Shown piece after piece: positions 52,089 through 64,000 of a stretch of DNA of 64,000 nt. Every line of letters starts with the position of its first letter. Positions within the stretch are counted from its first letter, which is position 1. The notes beneath the pieces were generated by a model. That model was not told the DNA's origin and searched no databases. It saw nothing but the letters and a program-made list of their open reading frames with translations. Position numbers and translations under genes: made by a program. This stretch comes from Hormiphora californensis (lineage: Eukaryota > Animalia > Ctenophora): positions 5,828,001-5,892,000 of the forward strand of contig CM035360.1 of assembly GCA_020137815.1 (NCBI GenBank), in the 5' to 3' direction.

Positions 52089-54201
52089 CTATCGACTAAT
52101 TGTCCGAACTGGAACACTTAAAGAATTCCTCTGCTTTGCCGCTAAAGCTATAGCACCCGTTGAATTTCTGAATTGCCTAACAACCAAACTTGGTGACGAC
52201 ACACCAGAATTTCTGAGTTGCCTAGCAACCAAACTTGGTGACACAACACCAGAATTTCTGAGTTGCCTAGCAACCAAACTCGGTGACACAACATCAGAAT
52301 TTCTGAGTTGCCTAGCAACCAAACTCGGTGACACAACACCAGAATTTCTGAGTTGCCTAGCAACCAAACTTGGTGACACAACACCAGAATTTCTGAGTTG
52401 CCTGGCAACCAAACTCGGTGACACAACACCAGAATTTCTGAGTTGCCGAGCAACCAAACTTGGTGACACAACACCAGAATTTCTGAGTTGCCTGGCAACC
52501 GAACTTGGTGACACAACACCAGAATTTCTGAGTTGCCTAGCAACCAAGCATGGTGACATAACACCAGAATTTCTGAGTTGCCTAGCAACCAAGCACGGTG
52601 ACATAACACCAGAATTACTTCGTTCGATTGTTCTCAAGGTCTCCAGCCTGTTCATTGTCCTATAAGTAGCAGTACTTCCACCCCGATCAACCACTGTTCC
52701 CCGTCCACAGCACCTTCTGATCACCCCCTCCCTCAATCTCCTCATCCGAGCCAGCATTACAAGAGGGTTCAGAGCTGCGTTACACCCCACCAGAACCACA
52801 TACGCCAGGCACCAGCTGTACCAGAGAGAAAAGGTGCTCTGTTCGTTGACCTCAAACCCCCGTGCTATGTAGTCGCACCAACATAGGAAGACGGGGATGT
52901 TGCATAGGATGTAAGTCATGGTTACCATGAGGATAGTTAATGTAGCATCCAGTTTGTGGGTTTGGACCTGGGGTGGAGAAGGGTTGAATTATTGACCAGT
53001 ATACTGTTCGCGATACTCGCCTAGCAAATTGGGCGATTGTAAACTAAAGTTAACAAGTAAACTTGGAAGTTAAAGTTGATTGAATTGTACTCACTGATTT
53101 GTTGGTTCTTGTTAGTTTAAATGATCGGACGATGCTGAAAACTGACAGGCAGCAACTCACACAAATTGGTATAATTGGAAGGGCTAGTTGAACCAGTCCT
53201 GGGGGAAGTTAAATTGTTATTGGCCTTTTTTTAACTCACTCAATTCAGTTTTCAAAATAGACCCTGACCACTGCATTGAAATAAAGCTGCTAAATGGAAC
53301 CCAGATAACCCTTCACAATTACCTGTTGCAATGTCATACTTCTCGTACCACTTGTCAACCTCCTCCTCCCAGCAATACGCCTCCGTTTCTGTGTAAACAA
53401 AGTACACACTCGAATTGGCAACTGGGACCAGAATCCTACAGGGTAGTAGTAAACATTAATCAACCAATCAAATTCGAACTATGAACAAGTTTGCCCAAAA
53501 TTTTCCGTTTCTTCAGACAGTATGTCGAGAGTAAGCCGACAGTAAGCTGAGAACAAGTATAAATGTTACCTGAGCACAAGGTAGGTTGTGTAGATGACCA
53601 CGGCTGTAATGACAGCATTACGGTTAACACCAGTTAGAGGGTTCAAGAGGATGATTGTACGGGAGATACTCAATACACAGACCAGGAAAACGGACAGGAA
53701 GGGAAGTATCACCCACAGCACACCCCACACCTGTATTAATACAGGTTATACAACGGTTATAACAGTTTTTACTAATTTGGTTCTTTGTACGCAAAAAGAC
53801 TCATGCATGATCAATGATCATGGTTCAGAAATCATAGATTCTCAGGGGTGATATATAGAGTGAGAAGGCAGTAGTGGGAGTAGCCTATGTATAAAATGTA
53901 CCTGACAGAAAATCCCAATACTAAACAATACGGGAGCTCGGTTTAGTGCCAGGCTGAGTCCCGTGGGGAAAACAGTGAGGCAGGTAACAAAATCAACAGC
54001 AGAGATCAACAAATACAGGACCGTTGGGAGGTCTTTCCGCTGGTGTACAAAGAAGAGGAGCGTGGCGCAGTTAGCCGGACATCCCAGACCCGTACATAGC
54101 AGGACAATAACGGCGAGAAAGTAGTCACCAGCGGGATTAGATGTTAGACCACTGGGATTAGATGTTAGGAGAGGTGGTGCTGTGAGGTTAGACTCCAGCA
54201 T
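52089..54201 (-). CDS. Rhodopsin-like (class A) GPCR, multi-exon, with tandem-repeat C-terminal tail
   Basis: TM1 LGCPAN, TM2 LISAVDF, TM3 VLSISRT, TM6 YILCNIP, TM7 NAALNPLVM. Exons ~54201-53902, 53730-53570, 53437-53324, a probable exon near 53100-53200, and 52967-52089. Confidence 0.85.
52158..52616. repeat. 45-bp coding minisatellite x10
   Basis: Unit ACACCAGAATTTCTGAGTTGCCTAGCAACCAAACTTGGTGACACA, encoding RNSGVVSPSLVARQL on the minus strand. Confidence 0.97.
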
Positions 54202-56025
54202 GTTTTTACCTCTGACCGAAACTGGATCAAGTGTATACTAAAATGAGGAATAATTGAGTTTGGCAGCATTTAATTTTAATGAGCTAGCATGGCAGCAGGT
54301 AGTAGACAAGTTCGGGGTAAGCGCTCATCATGCGACACAGATCTTGATCAAGATTATCACGTCTAGTGCAATTAATGTAGCTACCATTACATATGTTGCC
54401 TTGTATGAGTGGTACGGTGAGATAAAAATAGAATGTCCGCGGGCATGCACATTAGACAAGAAGAAAGCAATTTCCTTTTATAATTTATATTATAAAAGTT
54501 TTATAAAGTTTTAGAAAATGGAATTGCTTTTTTAAAAGACAGATCTAGTATGACAATGATTATGATTTAAGGCAAAACAATGAATGTTGAAGACACGAAG
54601 CTACCAGTTATCATATGTACAGAGTTAGAAAGAACTTGAAATCTCGGCCAAGGCGATTATGCATTTCCTATCTCTGATGATTTATAAATTCGAGGGCAGG
54701 TGTTCGCAGAGCTCTCCCTCTCTCTATAATCCTCCAGGTGAATATTTTCCTGAACTTTAAATCTCTATACATAGATGCCGGCACGGGGACTCCTAACAAG
54801 TAACACATGTTGTGCAATAGCATATACGTAATCGTCCAAGGAAATAATCTGGAAGGATATTCAAACTATCACTATCAGTGAAATGTACACTGCTATACAT
54901 AATAGTACAGTGGTTAAACCGAAAACTAGGTATCCAGGATTGAGTCCTCATGTTACCATGGCATCTATAGAGTTTAGAGAATCTCTAATAGAAATGCTGC
55001 ATACACGCTGTCCATTACCAAAGACACGTACAGTGCTTGTATGAAGCTCAACAGAGACATGATGTATTGTGACCTCATGTTGGTGTAGTGATGTTTCAGC
55101 TATAATTATTTCCTAGGAACAATTCACTTTTGTAATTTCATAGATCCATGGTATTCTGGTCTGCATTGACTGAAGAGCAGAAGTTATATCGATGCTAATG
55201 CAGTATGTGGATATCGGTTCCAAGACAGGCAAATAACCAAAAAAGCTACAAGATAAAGGTATGACCTGTAATTATCATGTCCTGCTATAGATACATTGTC
55301 CAGACTAAACGTTCTGTCTTCACTATAATACTACCAGTAGGTGACATGAATAGTATACCATGTATAATTATGCTGCATAATATAATACATGTATCTAGGG
55401 ATGCCATAATTTTACTTGAAAAATTTTGCATTCTAAAACGTTCCGTCTGTCGGCGTTCGACCCCCCCTCCCCCTTGCGCTAGAGATGTACTATAAAAATA
55501 GAATATGTAGTAGGGTCGTTAGTGGGAAGCCAGACCATGGCATGGCTCCACTTGACCTTTGGTGGGAAACCGAAAAAGCCTATAAGTAACTTACGAACGG
55601 CTAGGTTTGATCATCTCCTCGAGTCTGTTCGAATGCGATCAACCACCAGTCCACGAACTCCTACGACGACCTAACCCTGTAATCCTACGTTTAAAGCGTA
55701 CACAATAAATTTGGACAATTTTTATTTGTTAAAGAAAAATAATATTGACTAAATGATTGACTTAATGATGACACTATATTACTTCTCGCAACAAGACACG
55801 GACGATTATTATATCACGTCGGTGTTGCAAAATACAAGTTTAAAATTGTTGATTATCAAACCAATAAGCAACTCTAGTAACAAACGGGACCGATCGGTCC
55901 ATCATTGGGACGACAGTGTCAATATCTTAATTCGACAAATGTATTGTAAGTGATATCAGAACAGCGACTCAAAACAGCCGATTGGTCAACTTGTTGATTC
56001 ATGTATTGCAACTTTCTCGTTAATC

Positions 56026-57206
56026 ATAGCACTGGCAAGTGCCCCGGGCCCAAAAGGGGGGTGTGGGGGCACAGCCCCCACCATAAACGGGGGTGTGGGG
56101 GCAGAGCCCCCACCTTAGAAATACCCTCTAACTCAAAAAACAAAAGAGAGAGCACACGCAACACTTCTACACACAAGCGCGTGAAAACCTGCCAGTGCTA
56201 CTATATACCATTGCAGATTTCGGGGTTTTTGATGCTTTAAAAAAGCATGTTCCAGATGAAGTAGAGAGCTGAAATTTTGTACTCTGAGGGCCCTCATATA
56301 GTAGAAGAGGCATGCAAATTTTCAGAACGATCGGATGTAAGGTAAAAATTTGCCAGAGGGGTCCCAAAATGCAAAAATGTAAGGAGGGGGAGGGGAGGGG
56401 GAGGGGAGGGGGAGGGGGGGGGGGAGGACGCTTTTTTATCTTTGAGTGTTCTCCTAAACCACAAATAGTAGAAACTTGCCGTTTGGAACAGTGGTTCCTT
56501 ACATCATTGCGCTCGGTAATAGCTGTGTGAGAACTTCGAAATCGCCATAGTTCATTAATTATTCATTAATTAGTCATTAAATATTCATTTAAACCATGGT
56601 CGCAATATGACACGACTCGAAGGTCATAGAATCTTGAAACCGGTGTTATTCGACGCGGAATCATCGATTTATGGGGGGTCTTACTCGGGACAAAAATCTC
56701 TATCTCGCGCCGTTAAGCCGTTATTTGCATATTTATACACCTATTCACGATTTAATGCATATTTTCAATATTTTCCCTCCGGCTGGCCCTAGAACGTTTT
56801 CATGGACATATTCCGGCGCAGAATAGTCGATTTATGGGGGGTCGTCCCCCTGACAAAAAGTCGTATCTCTCACCGTTTAGTCATTATTCGCATATTTATG
56901 AAATATTCAAGTTCAAAAATATGCAAAATCAGAAAAAATAGCCTTTTCTATTTAACACCAAAAAGAACAGAAATTAAGTCCAAAAACCAATTAAATAAAT
57001 TAGTTTGGATGCCCGGGCCCATGTGGTGTCACGGGGGTAACACCTTTAGGCTACTGTCATAAATGATGGATATCGAGAGAGATAAAGGCAAAAGAAATTA
57101 TGATAGAAAGAGTGAGATATAATCAAGAAAGACGGAGAGATAAATAAGAGGAGAGAGAGAAAAAGAGAGATATAGTGAAAGAAACAGCGAGAGAGAAAGA
57201 GAGAGA

Positions 57207-57253
<47 letters not shown>

Positions 57254-57443
57254 TGTGAGAGAGAGTGAGAGAGAGACTGAGAGAGATAGATATAGATAGA
57301 CATATTGAAGGAATGAAGGATAACAATTAACAATTAACGAGATATGCCGTTAATTATGGCAGTAGCCTAAAGGTGTTACCCCCGTGACACCACATGGGCC
57401 CGGGCATCCAAACTAATTTATTTAATTGGTTTTTGGACTTAAT
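56026..57443 (-). mobile_element. Helentron/DINE-1-like element (copy 3, diverged family)
   Basis: 84-bp inverted repeat (56973-57056 / 57360-57443) around (GA)n; subTIR CCCGGGCCCA; terminal hairpin GCACT-TGCC-AGTGC at 56029-56042. Confidence 0.65.
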
Positions 57444-57447
57444 ACTC

Positions 57448-58694
57448 CTATACTCGAGTATGTTCCACTACCTCAGGTAGTTTCACACTATCATTGCTTA
57501 TTACAAAACTAACAGTTTTGCCTTTGGGAGCACTGTCCTTTCTTTCAGTATCTCCGTTATTTAGATTAGATCCCGTTGAGGGACGTTTGTCTTTGTCTTG
57601 GGTAACAACTGCAGCACTAGATTCCATTTCATAATGTCGTCGCATTACCAACCCCAAAAAGAGACCCCTCATTTGTCTGATGCGAATGAAGTATATAATG
57701 GGGCTGCACAAAGCATCCAGTGGCACAGCAATCCAAAGTCCAAACCGATAAATGTCAGTTGAAGTAAAGGCCTTTATATCCTCACCTGCAAGTCCCCCTA
57801 CAGCTGGATAGAGTTGGACAATGACATAAAAGGCGTTCCAAAAAAGATATGATCCGGAGAGAATTAGGATTGTAATTGTAGCCTTACTGGCATTTTTAGT
57901 TGAACTCTCATTCAGTTGCAGTCTCTTGCTCAGAGACAACTTGGCCACAACCATAGCACTGGCAACAATGACTACAACCCACATGATCGCTAGGATTCCA
58001 TACCGTGCATATTTAAAGTTAATGTAGTTCGTGCTGTCCTCAAACATGTACTTCAGATAGGTATCGTTGTACACGTAGTATGTCTCCCGAGGTATCATGG
58101 CAAGACAATAGATACCAAGTGCTATATAAACCAAGGGTTCCCGGATCTGGTAAAATGGTGCCCAGGTGGTGATGGCTCGGGTACAGGTGAGACAACAGGT
58201 TACCAGTGAAATCAGTTCAATTCCAACACGATCGAGAACCAGGAAAGTGGCGAATCCGGTGACTCGGAACTCGTAGTATGATGTCATGTTAAAGGTGGAG
58301 GAATCTACGGTAGTGTAAGTAATTCTGGCAGCGTAACGAAACATAATTTTAAGGAATAGAATGAGGGTGAGAGCCATATTGATACAATTGAGAAGAAAGA
58401 GCATCCGGTTTCCAGTGTTTTTCCTGAAACAATTGGGGGTTTATAATGAGTCACTAACTAGCAACTATAGGAACCCAACTGGGGGAGATCACATATCCTA
58501 ATACATTTCCATTAGAAAGGGTCGTCGAATCGGGCTACTAATAATCCACATTCTACTCTCACTAAATGTAACTACAATTCTACTTACTTGTGGATTTTCC
58601 TGAAGCACAGGATGGATAGAAAGTTGGCGATGATGGCGAGTGCGACGATTGACCCTGATACGTACATCCAATTATCTGATATACTAGCCGCCAT
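57448..58694 (-). CDS. Rhodopsin-like (class A) GPCR, 2 exons (58694-58588, ~58423-57448)
   Basis: TM1 exon (SIVALAIIANFLSILCF) splices in phase to the 318-aa ORF, which has six further hydrophobic helices, LTCTRAI at the DRY position and DALCSPIIYFIRI in TM7. Confidence 0.85.
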
Positions 58695-59394
58695 GGTTAT
58701 CTAGCGGATATATTGTGTGTGAAATACTTTGATGGGTATCATGGAAATCAGCAGATATACCAAACAGTTTTCAAATCTAAACTCTGACGTGACATGTTTG
58801 CTTTGATACACTGAATTGCGGAGCACGGACACAGTGTCAGGCGACTCAATCGATGCAGCAAGTTCGTTGGTTTTCATTTAAATGTGCTAGCAATTTCCAT
58901 TTGTAGACAGCACGTGCTAAAGTACTACAGCTGTACCTCACATGTGTGAGCTACCGTGTGGGGCAATAAAAATGCCCCCCCAAGTCTACCATAGTTCCAG
59001 ATATCGTGGAGCGCTAAAATCTGGTTCAGTAACTCTATGAGACAAATAAATAACTTAATAATAATAATAATAATATTCCGCGCTTATATACCGCCCATAC
59101 CCGACGGAAACATGTCAAAATATTGGCGATGTTCCGACGAGTCATCAGAGCGGTATATCCTAGAGTAAAAATATCGCACACGAACAATTCTGGTTGAAAA
59201 AGACAATATATGGAAAACCAAATTAACTGGACTTATCAAACTGGGGGAATAACTGGTCCCATAAACCTGTAGATATAATTTTAAACATGCTATACTCACA
59301 CCTGCTCAAAAAAGGATACCAGATAGTGATTTAATAACATGACTAGAGAGAGGATGACACTGATTGCCCGCAGACCCCACAACTACAACAAACA

Positions 59395-62260
59395 TTACAA
59401 CTCAGCCATGGGTTCCCCATCACCCACTCCAAATGCACCAACGAAGAGATGTGTTTTCAGGCGAGCTTTAAAGGTATCAACGTTGGGGATCGACCTTAAC
59501 TCGAGGGGTAGCTCATTCCAAATAGCAGGCAGAAATACTGATAGTCTCCTACGTCTCAATTTAGAATTGGCGTTGATACTGGTCATCTTGGGGTGTTTTA
59601 ATCTGTAAGGATCAATAACACTAGTCATCCTTGTTGTCCTGGAGACTCCCCAGCTTTTATCAAGAGGAACCATTTCCTGGAGGTAACCTGGTGCCGTTCC
59701 ATAGACTATCTTATAAGCGATTAGACAGGCTTTGAAGTCCAGTCTGTAGGAAATGGGTAAAATATGACACTGCCTGAAGTATTCCGAGTAATCCTCTTGA
59801 TGCCCATGGATGTTGAATATAAAGCGTACACAGGAGTTTAGTGTTTTCTGGAGCCCACCAAGAACTCGGGCCGGAAGTCCACAGTACAGAATATTACTGT
59901 AATCAATCCTCGATATAATCAATTGTTTCACCAACATTATCTTCGTTTGAATATATCAAAACATCTGTGTAACTGCCAAAGATTCCGTAGTATCAGCCCA
60001 CACTGTTTCCTCACACTGTTAACCTGTCGTTCAAGATTAAGATTGTGGTCCAAGAGTATTCCCAAGGTTTTCCCATCTGCTCCACTACATTCACTGGGGA
60101 AGATTTCCGTTCCTCCAAAGTTGATAACTGGATCGAAAGAGATTTTACTCAAAGAACTGCGCTTTCCAAGCAGGATGAATTCCGTTTTGGCCTCATTACA
60201 CTTCAACCACTGCCCCACCATCCACCGCTTCACCTTCGCCAGACACTCCTCAATATCCACCTTCGTCCTAGACCAGCCAGTAGAATCCGTAGGAACCAGA
60301 CTCACATAGAGCTGGGAGTCGTCTGCATATAACTTTATCCGGAGTCCATATGGTTCCACAATATCTTGCACAGCTTCAATGTAAAGTAGAAACAAAATAG
60401 GACCAAGAAGAGACCCCTGGGGCACTCCACAGAGTAAGGCCAGGGTATCCGAGAGACAATCACCAACCGAGACTCTAAAAGATCTGGAACTCAGGTAGCT
60501 CTTAAACCATTGAAGAGGATCACCATCCACTCCAAACCGTTTCTGCAACACCTCCAACAACTTTTCATGATCCACCGTATCAAATGCGGCACTCATGTCC
60601 AAACAGATCAGAGCAACAACATTTCCTTTATCCATCTCACCTAATACATCATCAAACATGCTGGCTAACAGAGTTTCGCAACTGTGACCAGCACGATAAC
60701 CGGATTGATGCTTGCCCAGAAGTGAATTGCTTTCAAGGTACTCATTCAGCTGCGTGAGCACCACCTTTTCTAGGAGCTTAGAAAGGAATGGGATATTTGA
60801 GACAGGACGATAGTTACTGAGAGCTTCCCTATCTCCGTACAGATTCTTGATGGTAGGAAACACGATAGCTTTCTGGAGAGATTCCGCAACTGTAGACTGA
60901 TGTAGAGATTGGTTTACCATCGATGTTAATACCGGAGCAAGATCCCTAATGCACTCCTTTACTACCCAAGTGGGCAACGGATCAAGGTCACAATGTTTGC
61001 TTGACATAGACTTCACCACCTTAACAAGTTCCTCCTCCGATATCTCTTTGAATTCCTTCCATGTTGAATGACAGGCTTTTCCGGGTTCCTCAAAGTCGAC
61101 AGCTTGCTTCTGCTCCTCATTGACTTGGGTTCGAATTTTTTCCACTTTGGAACTAAAGAACTGGGAGAAATCATCTGCCAAGTTCTTGGTGTTTGTTGTT
61201 TCAGGAAGAATTGTTTCAGCTTTTCCAAGGAGTTTCTGGAGCTTACTTTGCAATTTCTTTGGGTCACCTTTGGCAGCAACCAAGTCCTCTTTAATGAAAA
61301 GTGACCTCTTTTCCCTATCCATCTTTCCATACAGTTTCGCATCCACAGTTCCAAGTTTCCGCCAACACCGTTCTGCATTCCTCCTCTCTCGAAGTAATCC
61401 TCTAAGTTCCTCATCCCTCCATGGCTTAAACTTTTTACCAGTCCTCACCCGTTTCCTCGGTACTCGCTTCTCCACTATACCTTCCAGCCAACGATAGAAA
61501 TTCACCACGCCCTCCTCTGGACAGGAGTTCGACAGGTCAGGTCTCACTTGAATCCCAAACTGTACTAGGAAGTGATCTGATGTAGTACCATTAGGAAATA
61601 TGGATATGTCACCTAGAGAAGTTTCTCTTGTAGTTATCACCAAGTCCAAGGTTCCTCCCAGCTGGTGAGTAGGCAACATTGGTACTCTTTGTTGAAGATC
61701 AAATGAATCCAGCAGCTCCAAAAGTTTCCTTGCATAGAAGTTATTATCATCTTGCACCTGGAAGTTTAGGTCACCAGCGATGATCGGAGTACCTTGCTTC
61801 ATAACAAGCTCGGAAAGGTAGTCACCAAACTCCGACAGGAAAGTTGCTTCTGTAAGTCTCGACCTCGGTGTGTACGGAGGACGATAGACATTACAGATTC
61901 TCTTCGGTTGATCTCTGTCACTGATCAGAACCTCTTGTACTTGAAAAGACTTATACTTGGTCTTCACTGGACACTGCCGAAGAACTATGCCATCTCGAAA
62001 AAGTATTCCGATTCCTCCACCTCCTCTGTCTCCTCTGGGGCATGAGAAAATGTCCCATCCATTATCTCTGATTTCTTGAAGTTTTCCAGTGTCCGTTGAT
62101 TTCAAAAATGTCTCCTGTATAAGACAAATATCACAATCCTCCTCTTCCAGATGCGAAATAACACCTCCAGTTTTGTTAATAAGAGAGCGGACATTTAGTG
62201 TCCCAATCTTCCAAGTCTTTTCCTGTGTAGTTCCTCCTTGGTCCTCGTCCAGTACAGGTT
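59395..62260 (-). pseudogene. LINE ORF2: APE endonuclease + reverse transcriptase (frameshifted near the C-terminus)
   Basis: Endonuclease motifs TLNVRSL, CLIQETF, GGGIG, YRPP, GDLN, GTLDL, SDHFLV; RT motifs AFDTVDH, GVPQGS, YADD. Confidence 0.92.
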
Positions 62261-63337
62261 TTTTTCCTCTTTGCTTACACCTGCAGTCCTCTCCATAAGC
62301 CGTGCTCGTTCATTGATGTAGGAAGGGCACCACATACTTGAAGCCGTATGGGTCTTCGAATACTTCTTGTCCTCTCTTGATCCTCCAACTTCACAGTTCA
62401 CACATTTCATCCTACCAGTCTCGTTGTTCTTCTTTGCTCTACAGTCTTTCGTCTGATGCGATCCAGCACAGAAGCAGCATATTGGAGTATCCTTTTGGGG
62501 GCAGTAAATCGATCCTGCTATATGCCCAAATCCTTGACAGTGAAAACACTGTATCACATGATACCTGTTCTTGACAAAGTGTTGCCGAAGACCCAAGTTG
62601 ATCTTATCCCCGTTAGTAGACAAAAGCCTCCGGATCTCTGGAGCCATCTGGATCACTGCATACCTGTCTCTTTCGCTCACAAACACCACCTTCAACTTCT
62701 TGTCCTCATGATAAAGTTTTCTGATATCCACATTCTTGTCCAAAATCGCTGCCAGGATAGTCTCCTTTTTCAGTAGGTCTGGGTCCAAATCATTTATAGT
62801 TACCTTTGGTTCAAGCTTCTTGGCCTCCTCTGAGAAAAATGACATGGAACAGTCCTGTGCAAGTGGAGTCAAAACTTTCTCTGCTTCCTTCATCTGGTCT
62901 TCATCAGGGAAATACAGCCGGGTATGGTCACTGTTCACTCTGGATCTCACCACCGGTATCGTCTTCAACGCAGTTTCCACTTTGGGTTTGACCTCATCAG
63001 TCCACTTCTTCGCACAGAATCCTGGCCCTCCTTCCTCATTGATGCCAGTTTTAATATTCACATAGTGTTTCATCGTAGGTGTAACCGGTTCCTCTGGATC
63101 ACCACCACCAATATCACTTCTACTATTCTCCATAGGTTTGACCAAAGCAGAGATAGTGGAAACCAGATCCTTGTGCAGCTTTGCAAACGACTCTTTCAGA
63201 TCAGTCTGGTCTCCAGGAACAGAAAACGGTGCCGACGCCGGAAGCATGTTGTAACAGGCTTTGAGAAGATGCCACAACTGAGGTTTATGGACAGACGACG
63301 GACAAACAGTGTCACCCCTCCCAAGGCACACTAACAA
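62195..63337 (-). CDS. LINE ORF1, gag-like nucleic-acid-binding protein with three Cys/His knuckles (N-terminus probably truncated)
   Basis: CFHCQGFGH..C, CFCAGSHQTKDC, CVNC..H..CP. Confidence 0.85.
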   Translation of the reverse strand: MLVCLGRGDTVCPSSVHKPQLWHLLKACYNMLPASAPFSVPGDQTDLKESFAKLHKDLVSTISALVKPMENSRSDIGGGDPEEPVTPTMKHYVNIKTGINEEGGPGFCAKKWTDEVKPKVETALKTIPVVRSRVNSDHTRLYFPDEDQMKEAEKVLTPLAQDCSMSFFSEEAKKLEPKVTINDLDPDLLKKETILAAILDKNVDIRKLYHEDKKLKVVFVSERDRYAVIQMAPEIRRLLSTNGDKINLGLRQHFVKNRYHVIQCFHCQGFGHIAGSIYCPQKDTPICCFCAGSHQTKDCRAKKNNETGRMKCVNCEVGGSREDKKYSKTHTASSMWCPSYINERARLMERTAGVSKEEKNLYWTRTKEELHRKRLGRLGH

Positions 63338-63402
63338 ATCACTACCCTTATAATCATTACTAACTTGACCAAAATTTCAGACCTCTAGCTCAAAATTCAT
63401 TT

Positions 63403-64000
63403 TTTTGATCGGAATGAACATTGTCATTCATTCCAGGAAAAAATATTTTCCGGTTCAACATTTAACCAATTATGTTTGGCTATCGATTAGCTTTCCAATG
63501 TGACCAAGATCAGCTAAATTGGACAACCACAGGAGACACAGTGTCATGTTTCTTAAAGTTAGTCAGGTCATGTGATCTTCACTGAATCGTTGATCGTGTT
63601 CAGTATTACGAATTGGTCTAAGTGGTAGAGAATCACGTATCACATCTGCTAATGAGGGATGACGATGCTGATTGGTCATGAGATCTGTAGCTCTTTGATA
63701 AATGTCCTCTTTCCTCGAATCACATCACCCTGTATTGGTACACATACCCAATTAGCGGCCATGATACGAGATTCCTTTGCCCATTGGCCCGATTAGCAAT
63801 CCCGGAAACTCAACGATTCGGTGAAGATCACATGACCCGACTAACTTAAAGCAACATGACACTGTGTCTCTTGTGTTTGTCCAATTTAGCTGATCTTGGT
63901 CCCATTGGAAAGCAAATCGATAGCCAAACATAATTAGTTAAATTTTGGACCGGAAAATATTTTTTCCTGGAATGAATGACAATGTTCATTCCGATCAAAA
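63403..64000. mobile_element. Foldback/MITE with ~190-bp inverted arms (may extend past the window end)
   Basis: 63403-63592 (TTTTGATCGGAATGAACATTGTCATTCATTCCAGG..) is mirrored at 63810-64000. Confidence 0.9.

Larger units (their letters stand above)
59056..63360 (-). mobile_element. Near-full-length CR1/L2-group LINE (ORF1 + APE-RT ORF2), decayed
   Basis: Two overlapping ORFs, 3' UTR stem-loop and (TTA)n tail at 59056-59074, frameshift at ~59937. The 5' end abuts a foldback element. Confidence 0.95.

Noticed and set aside
52018-52665. Plus-strand 215-aa repeat ORF (and 52148..52609 -)
   Set aside because: Shadow frames of the 45-bp VNTR in the GPCR tail.

Overview
Eukaryotic (animal) genomic DNA with short GT-AG introns, long (CT)n tracts and dense small transposons. 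A ctenophore origin is my inference, from recalled protein and repeat families (DLESTPLQIKT-type domain, non-DRY rhodopsin-like GPCRs, CAGTCGGACCCCGATTT MITEs); it is not shown directly. Gene order: a small secreted Cys-rich protein (-) and an extended-Tudor protein (+); then a tightly packed minus-strand cluster RBM45 > ANKZF1/Vms1 > bacterial-type DUF6940-like gene > rad21, in which each downstream ATG lies 5 nt behind a splice acceptor (candidate trans-spliced operon). Next is a 16-kb LRR-less peroxidasin-like gene (+) with an antisense Rac-like GTPase nested in an intron. The rest holds an unknown acidic protein, a disrupted sushi-domain gene with a truncated LINE filling one intron, a TM-anchored protein ending in a stand-alone dynein microtubule-binding-like domain, two GPCRs (one with a 10 x 15-aa repeat tail), and a near-full-length LINE whose ORF1/ORF2 overlap carries a canonical -1 slippery heptamer. 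Mobile DNA includes three Helentron/DINE-1-like elements, a Harbinger-type MITE carrying a palindromic pair of tRNA-like genes, a poly-G-ended element with an 8-bp TSD, and several foldback and Tc1-type MITEs. Isolated +1 insertions in two genes suggest local consensus errors. All family calls come from motif recognition by eye; no searches were run.
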